The position numbers were made by a program, and so were the translations under genes. Shown here in pieces: positions 26,167-27,140 of a stretch of DNA of 27,140 nt (its first letter is position 1; every line of letters starts with the position of its first letter). Source of the DNA: an uncultured Chloroflexota bacterium (lineage in GTDB: Bacteria; Chloroflexota; UBA11872; VXNJ01); contig CAYXKQ010000002.1 in NCBI GenBank assembly GCA_964465715.1, positions 1 through 27,140 on the forward strand, read 5' to 3'. Under the pieces are notes generated by a model that saw only the letters and a list, made by a program, of their open reading frames with translations, had not been told where the DNA came from and made no database searches.

Positions 26167-27140
26167 ATGCCGCGAATCGGCTTTATTGGTTGCGGGGGAT
26201 GGGCGCGGAAATCGCACATCGCGCGCATGGCCGGATTCGGTGAAGTTGAAATCGTCGGATTTGCCGATCCCGAGGCAACTGCAATCGGACTGGCGCGTGA
26301 AGTTGCACCGAACCTGGTCAGGGTGCCAAGTTTCCCAGACTACCGGGAAATGCTCTCCGAGCTGGCGCCGGATGCGGTGGTGATTTCCACCCCGCACGCC
26401 CTGCACGAGCGTCACATCCTGGACTCTTTTGCGGCCGGCGCGCACGTTATGTGCGAAAAGCCATTCGTGCACGACCTTGCGGCGGCGCGTCGCGTGATTT
26501 CGGCCCGCGACCTGTCCCAACGCATGCTGATGATCCCCTATCAGCGCAACTTCCTTCCCGAATACATGTTTGCGGTCGATCAGATCGCAAGTGGTCGGCT
26601 GGGCGATCTGCAGATGGTCACAGCCTGGCAAAGCCAGGGTTGGGCCGAATTCGTCCGCGGCACCTGGCGGGCCGATCCGGCGTTCTCCGCCGGCGGGCAG
26701 CTGATGGATTCGGGCAGCCACCTGCTGGACTTCGTCCTCAGGGCGACGCAATTGCGGCCGACTCACGTAAATGCCGCGCTTTCGAATCTGGACATGCGGG
26801 TAAACGTGAACTCCGCGCTGACGTTGCGGTTCGAAGGCGGCGCGCTGGGCAACATCGCCGTCATCGGTCACGCCCCGCGCGACATGTGGGAAGAAATCGC
26901 CTTCTACGGCTCGAAAGCTCGCCTGCTGATGCGTTCGACCTCCCGCGTCCCCCTATCGGTGGGTATGGAAATCGAATTCGAAACCATTGAGAACGAAAAG
27001 CTCCCGGTGGAGTTGCCGGAAGGCAGTCTGCCAGATCGGAATTTCGTGGACGCGCTTTGCGGGCGCGATCGGATTAGGGCCGGCGCCGAAGCCGCGCAAA
27101 GCGTGCTGGCGCTGACCGAGGCCGTCCGACGATCCGCCGA
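26167..27140 (+). CDS. Gfo/Idh/MocA family oxidoreductase (partial; runs off the window and is absent from the ORF track)
   Basis: Own translation from ATG 26167 (GAAGGA upstream): MPRIGFIGCGGWARKSH..., DAVVISTPHALH, AGAHVMCEKPF, GGGQLMDSGSHLLD. No stop seen before the end of the window. Confidence 0.92.
   Translation, partial: MPRIGFIGCGGWARKSHIARMAGFGEVEIVGFADPEATAIGLAREVAPNLVRVPSFPDYREMLSELAPDAVVISTPHALHERHILDSFAAGAHVMCEKPFVHDLAAARRVISARDLSQRMLMIPYQRNFLPEYMFAVDQIASGRLGDLQMVTAWQSQGWAEFVRGTWRADPAFSAGGQLMDSGSHLLDFVLRATQLRPTHVNAALSNLDMRVNVNSALTLRFEGGALGNIAVIGHAPRDMWEEIAFYGSKARLLMRSTSRVPLSVGMEIEFETIENEKLPVELPEGSLPDRNFVDALCGRDRIRAGAEAAQSVLALTEAVRRSA

Noticed and set aside
26068..26990. ORFs 26068..26871 (-), 26150..26383 (+) and 26451..26990 (+)
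   Set aside because: The real gene is the Gfo/Idh/MocA frame starting at 26167.
1..27140. Integrase, transposase, phage or defence genes
   Set aside because: No such motifs recognised in any supported ORF.

Overview
High-GC bacterial chromosomal segment, most likely Chloroflexota. This is an inference from the mtnP-ahcY-metK cluster and an ECF sigma factor paired with a DUF5667/DUF5666-type partner. Left part: mnmG, divergent from a tightly coupled five-gene operon (2238-6925) of uncharacterised proteins that ends in a RodZ-like gene. Middle part (6937-18885): accessory-looking genes downstream of tRNA-Glu(CTC), namely a nitroreductase, a PhnB-like VOC protein, modABC, a deacetylase/GT2/YkoP-like triple fusion, a ThDP enzyme, and a Cys-tailed flavoprotein plus FeoB-like pair behind a Fur-family-like palindrome. 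Right part: ffh, mtnP, ahcY, metK, ECF sigma/anti-sigma and a partial Gfo/Idh/MocA oxidoreductase. The best candidate for an undescribed system is the 2238-6925 operon. It appears to hold three divergent paralogues of one unnamed membrane-hairpin domain (one fused to an SPFH-like domain), a possibly catalytically dead M14-fold protein, and RodZ. All calls come from reading motifs by eye; no searches were run.
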